Below are positions 11,759 to 23,869 of a stretch of DNA of 64,000 nucleotides, one piece after another (within the stretch, counting starts at the first letter, position 1; each line of letters starts with the position of its first letter). Source of the stretch: Takakia lepidozioides (lineage: Eukaryota > Plantae > Bryophyta); contig CM060731.1 in the NCBI GenBank assembly GCA_030704615.1, positions 8,432,001 through 8,496,000 of the forward strand, read 5' to 3'. A model generated the notes under the pieces. That model saw nothing but the letters and a program-made list of their open reading frames with translations. It made no database searches and had not been told where the DNA came from. The position numbers and the translations under genes are program-made.

Positions 11759-13292
11759 ATGGAAGGCACATTTACGGAAATGGTCACCACATTGCAGAGT
11801 CTTAAGCTCCAGATGCAAGAACTTCGTACATCTACCGCCCAATTGCAAGCTGATCAGTCTCAAGATCTTGGCAACGCTCTCCACAATTTGCAACAACAAA
11901 TTTCAGAGTTAAGGGAGATTCAAGAAGCACTGAAGATCGACCATTTTGCTACGACACTACGAAGTCAACTAAATCAACCTCGAGACAACCTACATGTTAT
12001 AAACGACTTCGAATTCAAAGATGACTTACTTTACTTCAAGGGACTTCTCTATGTACCTCTAGGACCTACACGACTTCGAATTCTTCAAACATGTCATGAT
12101 CTTCTGGCTTCAACAAAACATTGGAGTTGATATCCAGGGACTATTGGTGGCCGCAGATGTGGAAACTCGTAAATGAATTTATAAAGTCTTGAAACACGTG
12201 TGCTAGAGCGAAGGGACCACGACATCGACCTTACGGCCTTCTTCAACCATTACCCATTCCCAAGGGTCCATGGTCGTCCGTGTCTATGGACTTTATTACG
12301 GACCTTCCAATTTTCAAGACCACCGATTCAATCCTTGTTATTGTAGATCGTTTTACGAAGATGACACATTTCATTCCATGTAATAAGACGGTTACCGGCG
12401 AGGAAACTGCAAGACTCTTCCTCAATAATATCTACCGTATTCATGGACTCCCGAAAGACAATGTATCTGATCGATGACCACAGTTCATATCAAATTTCTG
12501 GAGGGGATTATTTCACATATTGAATACTAAGATCAACCTCTCTACAGCTAATCATCCACAGACTGATGGTCAAACCGAACGTGTAAACCAGATTTTGGAG
12601 CAGTATCTTCGCTGTACGATAAATTATCACCAAGATAATTGGACGGACCTTCTGTCATTGGCTGAGTTTGCCTACAACAACACTATACATTCTTCGACCA
12701 AGCAAACTTCATTTTTCTCCAATTATGGTTATCATCCTCGAGCAAACCCTTTCCACATGAAAACTGTTGGAAGCCTTGCTGCAGAAAACTTTGCTATTCA
12801 TCTTGCTACGATTCACAATGAGCTTACATCCCACCTCGCAGAAACTCAAAACAATACAAGGACTATGTAGATCAACGTCGTCAACTCCAATCCCAGCGAC
12901 CATCAAAGAAGTTGGATTATCAACGCCTGGGACTATTCAAAATTATTTGACAAATATATCTGGTCAGTTTTCGGCTTGAACTCCCACGAAGTATGCGCAT
13001 CCATCCAGTCTTTCATGTTTCACTATTGGAGTTGTATCATCCATCGAATATTCCAAGGAGAATTTCCGTACCACCTCCACCAATCGAAGTCAATCATGAA
13101 ATTGAGTATGAAGTCGACGAAGTCCTAGACTCTCGCATCAAGTATAAACGTCTTGAGTATTTCGTACATTGGAAAGGCTACGACATCAGCGAACGAATGT
13201 GGGAACCTTCATCCAACCTCGTCAATGCCTCTGACAAAGTCCAAGAGTTTCATCAACGATATCCAGCTAAGCCCCAAGCTACACGTCAATGA
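11759..13292 (+). pseudogene. Deleted gag-pol: gag N-terminus fused to integrase (HHCC, rve) and chromodomain
   Basis: LYVP...ILQTCHD; SMDFITDLP...VDRFTKM; [20 protein letters not shown]; IHPVFHVSLL; EYEVDEVLDSR...YFVHWKGY. No PR/RT/RH; several stops and frameshifts. Confidence 0.92.
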
Positions 13293-13438
13293 GACGTCAC
13301 AACGATGATGTCAGCCAAGCTAGCTTCAAGGAGAAGACTCCACATTCAATGTACCTGATACACGCTAAGGAGGAAGGAGCACCACACATCAGTATATATA
13401 GCTACACTTCCAACACTTTTGCATCTTGTATTGGCAGC

Positions 13439-13840
13439 ATGGAGTCACAAGAACCAGATACATTGGAGTTGTTGCTTACCCAACTACCAGATCAGCCGTT
13501 CCGACTCTCACGACCTTCAACATCACGCCGACGCTCTCGAGACGATGGGCCACCAATACGACGCGTACTTCTTCGTCTGGACCCCGTACGACGGCAAGTG
13601 GAGCCTACTCGAAGTCTGATAATTCTGTTGGAGGTTGAGGCTTTGGACCCAGAGGGCAACGAAATCATGTTTGAAGGTAGCTTCGAAAATTAGAATGCTC
13701 AAATTACTGCGTGGTCCCAAGTTCAAGGTGTTCGACACTATCGATGGTTACAAGGACCTATAAATTATTTGAGTCAAGAACGAAGAGTCGAATACTTGAC
13801 AAGTACCATTCGTCGGATTTTGGATTTTCTCCAACTCTAA
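13439..13840 (+). pseudogene. Additional 3' ORF of the retrotransposon (~133 codons, one internal TAG at 13691)
   Basis: MESQEPDTLELLL...FEGSFEN*NAQITAWSQVQGVRHYRWLQGPINYLSQERRVEYLTSTIRRILDFLQL; lies between chromodomain and PPT. Confidence 0.55.
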
Positions 13841-13895
13841 GCAAGTCCAAGATTGTACCGCTCCTCGAGGAACTCGGCGTTAGAGGAAGGGGTGA

Positions 13896-15119
13896 TGTCA
13901 CGGACATAGCCCACATGAACTTATCAGGAGTAAATACCAGAAGTTACCAAATTACCAAGTTACCATGTTACCAAAACTTATCATGACTTACCGTAATTTA
14001 CCATTACTTATCAAGTTACCGGGAGTTTATCAAATTACCAAGAGTAACTTGGGAAACTACTCAGGAAGCTTCTTTTGGAGGAAACTTCTCCATCAAGATA
14101 CCTCCTTTGTTTAAGGAAGCTTCTCCATCAAGAAACCTTTGTTTAATCTTAGAAACTTCTCCAGCAAGAAACCTCCATAGGGGAAGCTTATTGGGGAAGC
14201 TTCTTAGTAGCTAGTATATATAGGAGGTGAGACTGGACACTCTTCAGTCTCGCCAACACAAGTTCAAGATACTCTTGTTCCAAGTGCAGTACTCCTGTCT
14301 AGTTTCCAGTATTTGGTATTCCAGTCCAGTTTCCAGCATTCCAGTATTCGAGTCGAGTTCCAATATTTTGTACTCTTGTCCATTGTTATAAAGATCATCT
14401 TGATTCATGTTCACCTACCATGCATTCGGCCACGCCGACCTTGATTTCTTGTCTAGTCTTGTACCTCTAGTCTGATCTCTTGTTTGTGTTTTGTCATATT
14501 CTCGTCCTTGACATATGTCACGGACATAGCCCAGAGGAACTTACCAGGAGTAAATACCAGAAGTTACCAAAACTTACCATGACTTACCGTGATTTATCAT
14601 GATCTACCATTACTTACCAAGTTACCGGGAATTTACCAAATTATCAAGAGTAACTTGGGAAACTACTCAGAAAGCTTCATTTTGAGGAAACTTCTCCATC
14701 AAGATACTTCCTTTGTTTAAGGAAGCTTCTCGATCAAGAAACTTTTGTTTAATCTTGGAAACTTCTCCAGCAAGAAACCTCCATAGGGGAAGCTTCTTGG
14801 GGAAGCTTCTTAGTAGCCAGTATATATAGGAGGCGAGACTGGACACTCTTCAGTCTCGCCAACACAAGTTCAAGCTACTCTTGTTCCAAGTCCAGTACTT
14901 CAGTCCAGTTTCTAGTATCTGGTATTCTAGTCTAGTTTCCAGCATTCCAGTATCCGAGTCGAGTTCTAGTATTTTGTACTCTTGTCCATTGTTATAAAGA
15001 TCATCTTGATTCATGTTCACCTACCATGCATTCGGCCACGCCGACCTTGATTTCTTGTCTAGTCTTGTACTTCTAGTCTGATCTCTTGTTTGTGTTCTGT
15101 CATGTTCTCGTCCTTGACA
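13896..15119 (+). repeat. Two tandem 3' LTRs (13896-14513 and 14516-15119) separated by TA
   Basis: PPT AGAGGAAGGGGTGA precedes 13896; junction TGACA-TA-TGTCA. Confidence 0.92.
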
Positions 15120-16000
15120 CCAGGCCTCTTGCTTGGTGCAGATGGAGGTGTGGAGGTCAACTGAGAGGTGGTATGAATTGGAGATGTTGCCCGAGGTTGA
15201 TGAGACATATTGGTCGTGCGTCTAGGAGGGATGAACACATGTTTGATTATGGGGGTAAAAAACGGCGATACAGATGTAGGAATGGAGGGAGGAAAGACGT
15301 CGGGTACTTGCTAATTATAACCTTGCAATCCCTGGACGTCTGTGTCAGAATTAGGATTCACAATATCCATCATTGGTGGAGAATTCAGATCCGAGGTCGT
15401 TTGTTCTATCGAAAGTGCATCGTTAGAAAGACCGATATAAGTGCAAACTATATCGTCGTCAACCATGTAATTTCGTGCATGTGGGGGCCTGGAAATTGGT
15501 CTAGTGCCCATAAATGCATCAATAATCTCATACATCTCTTTGTTGAAATGTCTGGGTAGGTTCAACGCAATCTTGTCATGTGGACTCATACCCCAGTATT
15601 CCTGGTTTGAGCCTATGCCATTCATGTAGGGCCAAGATCCGTTTGAAGTCACCGTAGATGGCTCCAATTTATCTTTGCTGCATGCTGACCCATCCCTTGT
15701 GTAGGTAGAGTTCATGCCCTCGGCAATGACAACTGTAGCAAATTTTCTTCCACTTGGTGACAGCTGATTCAAATTGATCTCTTGGATCCACCCTTTCAAT
15801 GGATGTCATATGTTCAATCCTTTTGGCTTTTATTAGAGACATCACTTCCGCGTATTCCCAGCTGGGTTGGCGAGGCCTCTTGCTTGCCTCTTCCCCCAGG
15901 CCGTGGGGCTCTGCCACCTCTCGAAGGCCCAAATGCTTGATTCATTTCTTCGTCTTGAGGCTCCTCACCTTGATGCACCGCACCCTCATTCATGCCATAC
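15120..16000 (-). pseudogene. Trihelix/Myb-SANT DNA-binding protein pseudogene, 5' part (possibly TE-derived)
   Basis: RQPSWEYAEVMSLIKAK...VTKWKKI, YWGMSPHDKIALNLPRHFNKEMYEIIDAFMG; frameshifted. Confidence 0.75.
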
Positions 16001-16554
16001 ATGATGTCACTGATCCTAGCACCCAATATCGACATGGTGACTCTACAAAACATTGAGAAAAAATAGAACTCGAAAGAATTAAAAAACCAATCTGCTTTGT
16101 GTTGGGAGTCGTATGAAATGAGAGCTTTGAACTGAGAGCTTTGTCTTTGAAGTATCTCATAAGTAGGAGAGATTGATGATGCAGATGTAAATGATGTCTT
16201 CATTTGAATTTGAAGCAAGGAAGATGGAGCGCGGGCGCGGTCATTTTTCAAAATGGTGCTAATGTAACATTGAGTTTATATGGGATCGGTTTTTCTAGCA
16301 TTTAAGCTACCATCAAGCTTTGGACATTGAAAATTATGGTCGTGATAGCTTCTGGGGAACAAACGTCACGATAACACTGGCAGCCACGTCGGATGCCAGG
16401 TCAGATCAAATGTTGCATACCATTTTATATGTGAACGCGTAGGTGTTCTGCCATCGCTTACCACCATCGTAACTTTGAGATGCCACCAGGTGTGCACAAA
16501 TCTTTAGTCCATTTTATATTTAGCCAAATTTGGTCTTAGTCAAATTTCGAGATC

Positions 16555-16885
16555 AAGTGTGAGTTTTGTGTAATCCCGAATAGAGCTACACACCCCATTC
16601 TGCAACGTGGTGTAACCCCGACTGGAGTGTACCTCCCACCCTCAGTCACCCCGACTGGAGTTACACTCCCTTGAGTTCTATCACTCTCAAGAGAGGGTGG
16701 TGAAGATTTATAGTCTTAGCCATGTTTTGAGCGGTGCATGAGTTACACCGAGTGGAGTTACACACCCCGTCATGTAATCCGGTGTAACCCCGACTGGAGT
16801 TTACCTCCCACCCGTGTAACCTTCTGTCACCCCAACCGGAGTTGAGTTCTATCACTCTCGAGAGAGGGTGGGGAAGATTTGACAT
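16555..16885. repeat. Cluster of direct and inverted short repeats (GTGTAACCCCGACTGGAGT; GAGTTCTATCACTCTC), MITE-like
   Basis: Motifs recur several times in both orientations. Confidence 0.55.
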
Positions 16886-16920
16886 GCCATAAACTGGCGT
16901 ACCGTTTTGTGTGAATTAAG

Positions 16921-17234
16921 GTTTTTTTTTCTTTTTTTTTGGAGAACCGGGGATCGTAGCCCTGTAAAACTTTATTATAAAATGGTAAAATAGGGCCCAG
17001 CCCAGACAGGGGCAGTAGCCCGCAAGGTGAAGTGGCTCTTAGTTATGCCGGCTTTGGCGGGAGTCTTCTAGTAAGGAAAAAATAACCTTACAAAGAGCCA
17101 TATGGCAGAGAATCCAGCTACCACTCCGAGCCTAGAGGAGGGGGGAGAACAAAAGGAGATAAATGATAATCCTAAAGGAGCATAAGGGACCAAGAGCAGC
17201 AGACTGCAGTGGCCCGTCCACTTCTACTAACTTC
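16921..17234 (-). mobile_element. 5'-truncated poly(A) retroposon (LINE/SINE 3' end)
   Basis: Poly(T) at the left end, AATAAA on the minus strand nearby, 8-bp TSD GAATTAAG (16913-16920, 17235-17242). Confidence 0.7.
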
Positions 17235-18564
17235 GAATTAAGTTCTTACCTCATTCCTCATGTTCATAGATGAAATAAGTTTCTATCATTAATGCTACTT
17301 ACTTAGTAGTCAGATCATTAGCATTATAATATGAGAGAAAGCGCCGGAGAGGACCCAGGATCGAATGTTGATCCTCTGTCATAAAGCAGGGTTTGGCTAA
17401 GTGACCGTTACTGAGGCAGCAGACGTGGGTAGCCAAACCGCCCTCTGCTGTCTGTCTGCGACATTCTGCAAATTATGAGCGGCTGTCATCACACACTATC
17501 GTGCAGCTTGGATGCCATTAATAGCTGCGAAGCACCAGACTAGTGTGTAGAGCCAAGAATTGTGGCAGGAGATGGAGCAGTTTATGGCACGTTTCTCTGA
17601 CAACGTCAGATCTTCTCATAACCGTTTGAATGCATCTCATCACAAGTTCACTTCGAGAATTTTGACCTCAACATCAAGAGATTTACAAATTGCGGAGTCG
17701 GCCCCAGCTTTGAAAGAGGCAGCAAAGGCAGTGATGAGGTGATGGAAGGGGCAAGAAGTAATGCGTCCCCCACGGATGGTGCGTGCACTGTTTGATGGCA
17801 ATAATAAGACCCTCATATTGCGGCCCTCGATTTTGGGGAAGACGCTTACACTGGGAGGTGGGCATGACTTCAAGGTTGCCCAGTATTTTTTGTTTCTTTG
17901 TCTTCGTCTCGCCACTTCGTATCAAGAGCTTAGAGGACGGAGATAGACAAGAAATAACTTCGATACTTGATACACAATGGGAGTAAATGCAACTCCCTGG
18001 AAATTCAATTCTAAGTACATCTTCCAGATACCCCCTAAACAGAGAACATTTAGTAGCAAGAGCAATTTATGGGGCTCAACAGAGCTACATTCATATCATC
18101 AATGCAATCATTTACAGATCAATAAGGTGTCAGGACTCAGGCCAGACGTGACTAGCTCATCCAAAGTTGCTTCGGCCTGTGGAGATTTTCGTGAACATAG
18201 ATAGACGTCTCTGAGCACCGTCTTGTGCTAATCGGAGGCCTTGACATTGAGTTCACCTCAAACTTAAAGGGGACTTTGCCCCATGACTTCTATAGTATAC
18301 AGGGGGGATCGTGAATAACCAAAGGAATGCCATTTTCATCTGGCTGTATCAATGCTCTATCCATGGCCCAGACATATCACTACCAAAACTGCGAAGTATA
18401 TCTCTCCAGAAAGTTAGTAACTTTCCAAGGTTTGAATGCTATATACATGTATGATTCTCAACGACCTCAAAGAATTATTGCTGCTGGTGATCACAGGAAG
18501 CTGAATACAGATTCATCTCTACTTTGAAACTTCAAAATGCACTGCCACCACGAATACTCCCGAG

Positions 18565-20250
18565 TCAGAAGCACATAGGGCACCTGATCAAGCCATTTTC
18601 ATTGCAATCAGAGCAGCGTGAAACCTCATTGGTCTCAGTGATGACCTTGCAGCTCCCGCTGCACTCTGGACAGGGCATAAACCGGACTCCCCCACAACCA
18701 TTACATGGTTCTCGGGATAACTGGATAGGCAGACCTTTCACCAATTCAGCCAGCTTTCCGTCCTCATGCAACTGGAAAACCTCCTCTGCTCCTCCAATGT
18801 ATCGCCCTTTGATGAAAACCCTGGGGACAGGCACTGGTTTTCCCGTAAGGATCTTCAACTCCTGTCGGAACTCAGCATGCATGGATACGTCCCTTTCGTC
18901 GACATACACGTTGAATCCATGGAAAGTCATTCTCAAAAGTTGGCAATCCTCATATGTTTTCCTGATTCCACGCAGGCTAGTCAAATAGAGCACAACTCTT
19001 TCCTCCCCGCCTGGAGGGCATCTTCGCTCATATCTTTCCAATGGCTCCGAAACTATTGGCTTCATCTCCTCAGAATCTACAGGAGCAACCTTACAAAAAG
19101 AGATCTTTCTCGAGCCCCCATCTCGCAATGACTCCTGAAGCCCAGTGCTTTCCACTCCACTTGATAACGTTGTCAATTTCCCACTTGCATCATCACGTCC
19201 ATCAAAATAGTCCCTGTCTGATAGATGCCCGAATGAACCCCCGGGACATTGAATCGAACTATCGGTGTCTGCTATGCTTGCAGAAGTAGAAGTCGTCTCC
19301 TCATCACTGCACCTAGCATTGCACCAGTCATCGGAGGAGGAGGTATGTTCATCATTTGAGTCAGCAAAAAAGGACAGGAAGGCTGGATCAAAGAGATCAG
19401 CGTTCCTATCAGTGTTGTCTTGAAGATCGGAAACTGATGACATAGGATTCGTGCTCCCTAACATGACATGCCCAGTTGATTCCACCGCAGCATCATGGCT
19501 GGCGACAACTGCATCAGCAGGTTCGCAAACACTCTCAGAAATAGAGGCATCCACAGCGTGCACACCTTTGCCATTGTTTGAGGGGAATGGCGTTGCCATT
19601 TCTTTGGGACGACGTACTATGCCACTATCGAACCCCCGCATGGCATCAATAGCTGAAAGAGAGCGAGACCTTTCCAGAGTTCTCTGCCTGCCTGATGGAA
19701 CACTAATCTTCTCAACATTTTGTACTTCATTGTCCTTACTGGATGTAAGCGCATGCAGAACTACGGGAGCCGCACGAGGGGTCAAATCATCAAGTCCCTC
19801 CATAAGCTCCCATGTATTGATGGTTTCTGGTTCTTCCCCCTCATCGTCGACACTAGTCTCCTGCAATGGTCTCTTGACCGCTTCGGATTCTTTGCTAACC
19901 ACACCAAGGTTCAGTTTAGGAAGACCCAAGCCCATCTCAGTCCAAGTTCTGGAAACCGACTTATCCCGAACAGGCGGCATGGAATCGAACTTCCTCAATT
20001 TCTTGTAGGTAGGCCCATCGCTCCGGCCACCACCGATAATAGAAATAAGTGCTTCATCGACATTCCCTGTCTCCACGAGTCTCATGATGCCATACGTGCT
20101 GGATGTGAGCGCCACCACATGGTAGTTGTAATAGTCATGCCTATCTTTCTTCTTTTGAGCGTGGAGTGGAGCCATGGAAGAGCTTCTGGAAAAAAGTTTG
20201 CCTCTCCCCTCTCCCTGCATTGTTAAACTTCTAGATGCTGTGCACCCCAT
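18565..20250 (-). CDS. Glutaredoxin-like (GRX-like + C-terminal CxxC zinc-ribbon) plant protein
   Basis: MGC start, HVVALTSSTYG, PETINTWELMEGL, CPPGGEERVVLYLTSLRGIRKTYEDC, ERDVSMH, VPRVFIKGRYIGG, four CxxC pairs ending CNENGLIRCPMC; intact 561 aa. Confidence 0.95.
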   Translation of the reverse strand: MGCTASRSLTMQGEGRGKLFSRSSSMAPLHAQKKKDRHDYYNYHVVALTSSTYGIMRLVETGNVDEALISIIGGGRSDGPTYKKLRKFDSMPPVRDKSVSRTWTEMGLGLPKLNLGVVSKESEAVKRPLQETSVDDEGEEPETINTWELMEGLDDLTPRAAPVVLHALTSSKDNEVQNVEKISVPSGRQRTLERSRSLSAIDAMRGFDSGIVRRPKEMATPFPSNNGKGVHAVDASISESVCEPADAVVASHDAAVESTGHVMLGSTNPMSSVSDLQDNTDRNADLFDPAFLSFFADSNDEHTSSSDDWCNARCSDEETTSTSASIADTDSSIQCPGGSFGHLSDRDYFDGRDDASGKLTTLSSGVESTGLQESLRDGGSRKISFCKVAPVDSEEMKPIVSEPLERYERRCPPGGEERVVLYLTSLRGIRKTYEDCQLLRMTFHGFNVYVDERDVSMHAEFRQELKILTGKPVPVPRVFIKGRYIGGAEEVFQLHEDGKLAELVKGLPIQLSREPCNGCGGVRFMPCPECSGSCKVITETNEVSRCSDCNENGLIRCPMCF

Positions 20251-22734
20251 CTTGCTTTGTAATTTTAGCTAGTTCGAAAACTACCAGACCGCTCGAGATC
20301 AAACAGCCCTACTCTGCCATTCTTCTCTGTCTGTCTTCTTTGTCTACTTCTCCCCTTCCTGTGCAATTCAAACTCTCAGTGTATCCCTCTCAAATTGTGA
20401 CCATCTCAAGCAGCCTGAAATATCCCTACCTCTTCCTGTCTCAGTCACGACATCGCCCTCGCCCACTGTCGAATTGTCTCTCTTTGCCCTCGCTTTGTTT
20501 TCCTCCCTTAGGCTCTCGAGGTAAGTCAAAAACTTACACCAGCAGTGTCACAGTACAATACTCTTGCACCTGCTGGGTCCTCCTTTCTCTCTTGAATCAT
20601 CCACAGAAACCGAGACTACATGTGCTGGGACCAAGAGCTGACCGTGTCGCCCCTAGATTAATAAGTACCTTTGTCACTCTGCAGCTGTGCAAGCTACCGA
20701 CCTCACTTCCCTCTCCGTGTGGGGCGCTAATAAGCAGGAAAGCTACTGGAAGCTCCCTCCCTTTGCAAGGAAGAGACTTCGTCGCACTCGCACTGGCGAC
20801 GGCGGCTCAACAGCGGCCTCATTATTACTACAGGGATAAATCATCTTACTACCCCCTTGGAATTACCTCCCTGAGACTCCTTCCAATGATAATTGACCTT
20901 GATTTAAAACACCTCATCAGATGACAGAGCCCACAGCGGTCTAACTTCTCATCTCACGGGCAGTAGGCCCCGTGTATGGTCAATGGGAGCGGGTCCCAAG
21001 GGCCAAGACTCCACCACACCAGAAACAAAGTCCACAGTGGGTGTAATAAGTATTCATTTCTTCCCGACCCAATGCACGGAGACCTCTCTCTCCAGAGTCC
21101 AGACGTCCAGACACACGAGAATCGGTCTGCCCATCCAGTTTGAGCCCATCCCAACCGAATGCGGAGGAAGGTAATTGTTTCTGCTTACGGATTGGTGTAA
21201 CTGCCAACTACTGTTCCGATCTTAGTATTGATGAACTTCAATGCACCATTACTAGCCAATAGATTCCCACAAATTCTACTGCATTAATCTGCTCGCTAGT
21301 CTCACTGTCTCACAAACTGGAGGAAAAAATACATCTGGACTCATCATAATGGTAGCACTATCTTCTCCATAAAACCTGAACTTCCATTCATACACAGTTA
21401 AAGAGATTACCGATAGTGGTCAACCACCTAGATCATTGCTAATCTCATCCTGCCTCGTCTGATATCCAATTACTCCCTAACTCCTCGCCCCCACTCTGTC
21501 ATCAAGCACCGCACAAGAATCAACTCGGAACTTGGCAAACTGCAATTCCTTTACAATAACTAAGCTACCGCCGAGAAGATGAGGTCGGACAAGTTTGAAA
21601 CAATGATGAGCACAGTCTCACGTTGACCGCCATGGATCCGAGCAGCGTTTGAACTGAGACGGGCAGGCGGGGCAGAATCAGCGAGGAGGGTGGTTGGAAC
21701 AGTGCCGCATTTCAAACTCCAAAGGCCGTTTGCACGTCCGAACGTGGGCAGTAACAAAACATGTCAGCTCCTTTTCAAAAGATCCATACCTCTGGTTCGG
21801 CAAACTAACTACTTCTGGTTAGGAATACTACCTTCTGGGTTCGGGGTTCGAATCCCCACTGGGCAATGACGGACAGGACGAATGAAGGTGGGGCTCCGGC
21901 TTGGGGACCGTCGTCGCGTCAGGAAAACAGTGATCGTACTGATCGTCGCCTTGTTGTGTCATTGGGGCTGGACATCTCTTTATTTTGTCTTACTGATTTA
22001 AATACGCCTTAACCCGTTTCGGGATTCTAGGAAGTAGATTTTCCTATGTATTTTTTTGCGGATGTTAACATTTTTTAATGATCCCAACTGCACTTAATAT
22101 TCTGACAGCATGGCCCACCCTCTCATGTTCAAAGCAACGAATTATAATATAATATCCGACTTGTAGATTTTCTTAGAAAACCCAGGGGTCGTGAAATTGG
22201 AAGGGCCATGTAGAGTTGACGGTATACGTGGCGAGTCATAATTGGCCCACATTTGGGCCCACTTGCAGTGAGATTACCTGCAGGAAGGTTCATGGAAAGT
22301 ACGAAGCAAATAGTCAAGGTGATCAACAACCAAAAGAACTCTCAAGTGTCTCTGACACAAAGGCAGCTATCTCTTTTGCCTGGGAGCCCTCTTTCACCAT
22401 TGGATTTACAGTTTGTTTCTACCACACTATGTATAGGGTAACGCCCTGAGTGGAGGGCATTCCTGGATTTGAGGGCCTGACGCCCGAGGGCGGTAGAAAT
22501 GCCAAAAAACTTTAAAACAATATAATGGCGGATTCTGCATTTCGGAATGCACTCGAGGGAGCTGCTGGGGTGCATTCCGATGAATTCTGCTTTTTAACGG
22601 CACGGTAATACAAACAAAAGTTTTTGGCAGTGCTTTACTGTAGTGTAATCCACACCCTCACCGCCGGGGTTGAGTGAAACATCTAATTACAAAGGAGTTG
22701 ATTTTTCACCTTGAATTGCTAAGCTATGGAGATC

Positions 22735-22828
22735 TTTTTTTATTTTTTTATTTTTTTTGGGAGAACAGGGGGGATGCCCTGGTCTAATTTTATTATAGGT
22801 TATTTGAGGGGAAAAAAAATTAAAACCC
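22735..22828 (-). mobile_element. Very short poly(A) retroposon related to the 16.9-kb copy
   Basis: T-rich tail followed by GGAGAAC.GGGGAT..GCCCTG...TTTATTATA as at 16941; TSD TGGAGATC (22727-22734, 22829-22836). Confidence 0.6.
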
Positions 22829-23190
22829 TGGAGATCATTTTGACCCCAATAAGCACATACAAAGACCCTAATAATAAAAAAGGCTGTTTGGCTTCAAAGA
22901 GGAGCAGGAAAAATTATCCCGTCGCTCAAAAAGCTTGTGCACAACTCAAGTTTCATACTTTCTTTTTTTTTTACTTGGCTAAATCCAAAAACAAAACCCC
23001 CTCCCCTTGTAAAATACTAAAACTCTCTTTGTCCTGGTGAATTTCTCCACAATTTGCTGGGCAGATATAGATGGTAGGCAACGTGAATATGGCAAGGTTC
23101 AAGTTTTTGGATCTAATATGGTAGGTGTGTAGCCTCAATTAACTCGCCACGGGTTACTTGTCTGGGGGCTGAAATTTGCCCAATGGCGGG

Positions 23191-23680
23191 TTAACTGTGG
23201 CTCAGGTTTCATTCCAAGAAAAGAAAGAAAGAAACATCATTGGGTACTATAACCATTTGATTCATTTTATGTTGCCACAAAACTACCCACTAATCAGCTT
23301 AGCGGAAATGGTATGATGTCACCTAGAATGATGCTAATCTAACTGAAGAATGTTGATCGAAGTTTGAATCCATGAGTGTATGCTCATGAGCTCAGTGAGC
23401 ATACTGAAAACAATTCTCACAATATACCGGAATAATGCCATCATGAAACATGTGAACATGTGAGAATTGTTTTCAGTATGCTCATGAGCATACACTCATT
23501 GATTCAACCATTCTTGAGTTACATTAGCATCAACATTCTAGGTGACATCAGCATAGCATTTCCACTAATGGGTAGTGGGTAGTTTTGTCGCAACATGAAG
23601 TGACTTGAATGGTTATAGGTAGTAATACCCAATGATGTTTCTTTCTTTCTTTTTTCGAATGAAACCTGAGCAACAGTTAA
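23191..23680. repeat. ~490-bp fold-back (long imperfect inverted repeat, MITE-like)
   Basis: TTAACTGTGGCTCAGGTTTCATT... pairs with ...AATGAAACCTGAGCAACAGTTAA, and pairing continues inward to ~23420/23460. Confidence 0.85.
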
Positions 23681-23869
23681 AGGGAAAATTAAGCCCCCTT
23701 TCTGAGCCATGAGGCATAAGAGAAAAGACGGCACTTCTCTAAGTTCTTACAGCGAACATAGCCCCAACCAAAGGCGATGAAACCACTGGGGATTAAACCC
23801 TAGACCCACCCCCGTAAATTTATTTGTATCGCTGACTTTGGCTCCTCCTTTGTGAATAGAGATATATAC

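Larger units (their letters stand above)
10729..15119 (+). mobile_element. Non-autonomous Ty3/gypsy chromovirus (Tcn1-like) LTR retrotransposon
   Basis: TGTCA...TGACA termini; 5-bp TSD CCAGG (10724-10728, 15120-15124); integrase and chromodomain remnants; PPT before the second LTR. Confidence 0.95.

Noticed and set aside
17560-17986. Cluster of short ORFs downstream of the GRX-like gene
   Set aside because: No recognisable domain or consistent frame.
19041-20924. Plus-strand ORFs of 168-229 aa over and beside the GRX-like gene
   Set aside because: Antisense shadows or low-complexity promoter/UTR sequence with no recognisable motifs.
21805-21866. tRNA gene (GGTTCGAATCCC B-box, TGGTTAGGA)
   Set aside because: No complete cloverleaf or acceptor stem can be formed. 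At most a tRNA-derived SINE head or relic.
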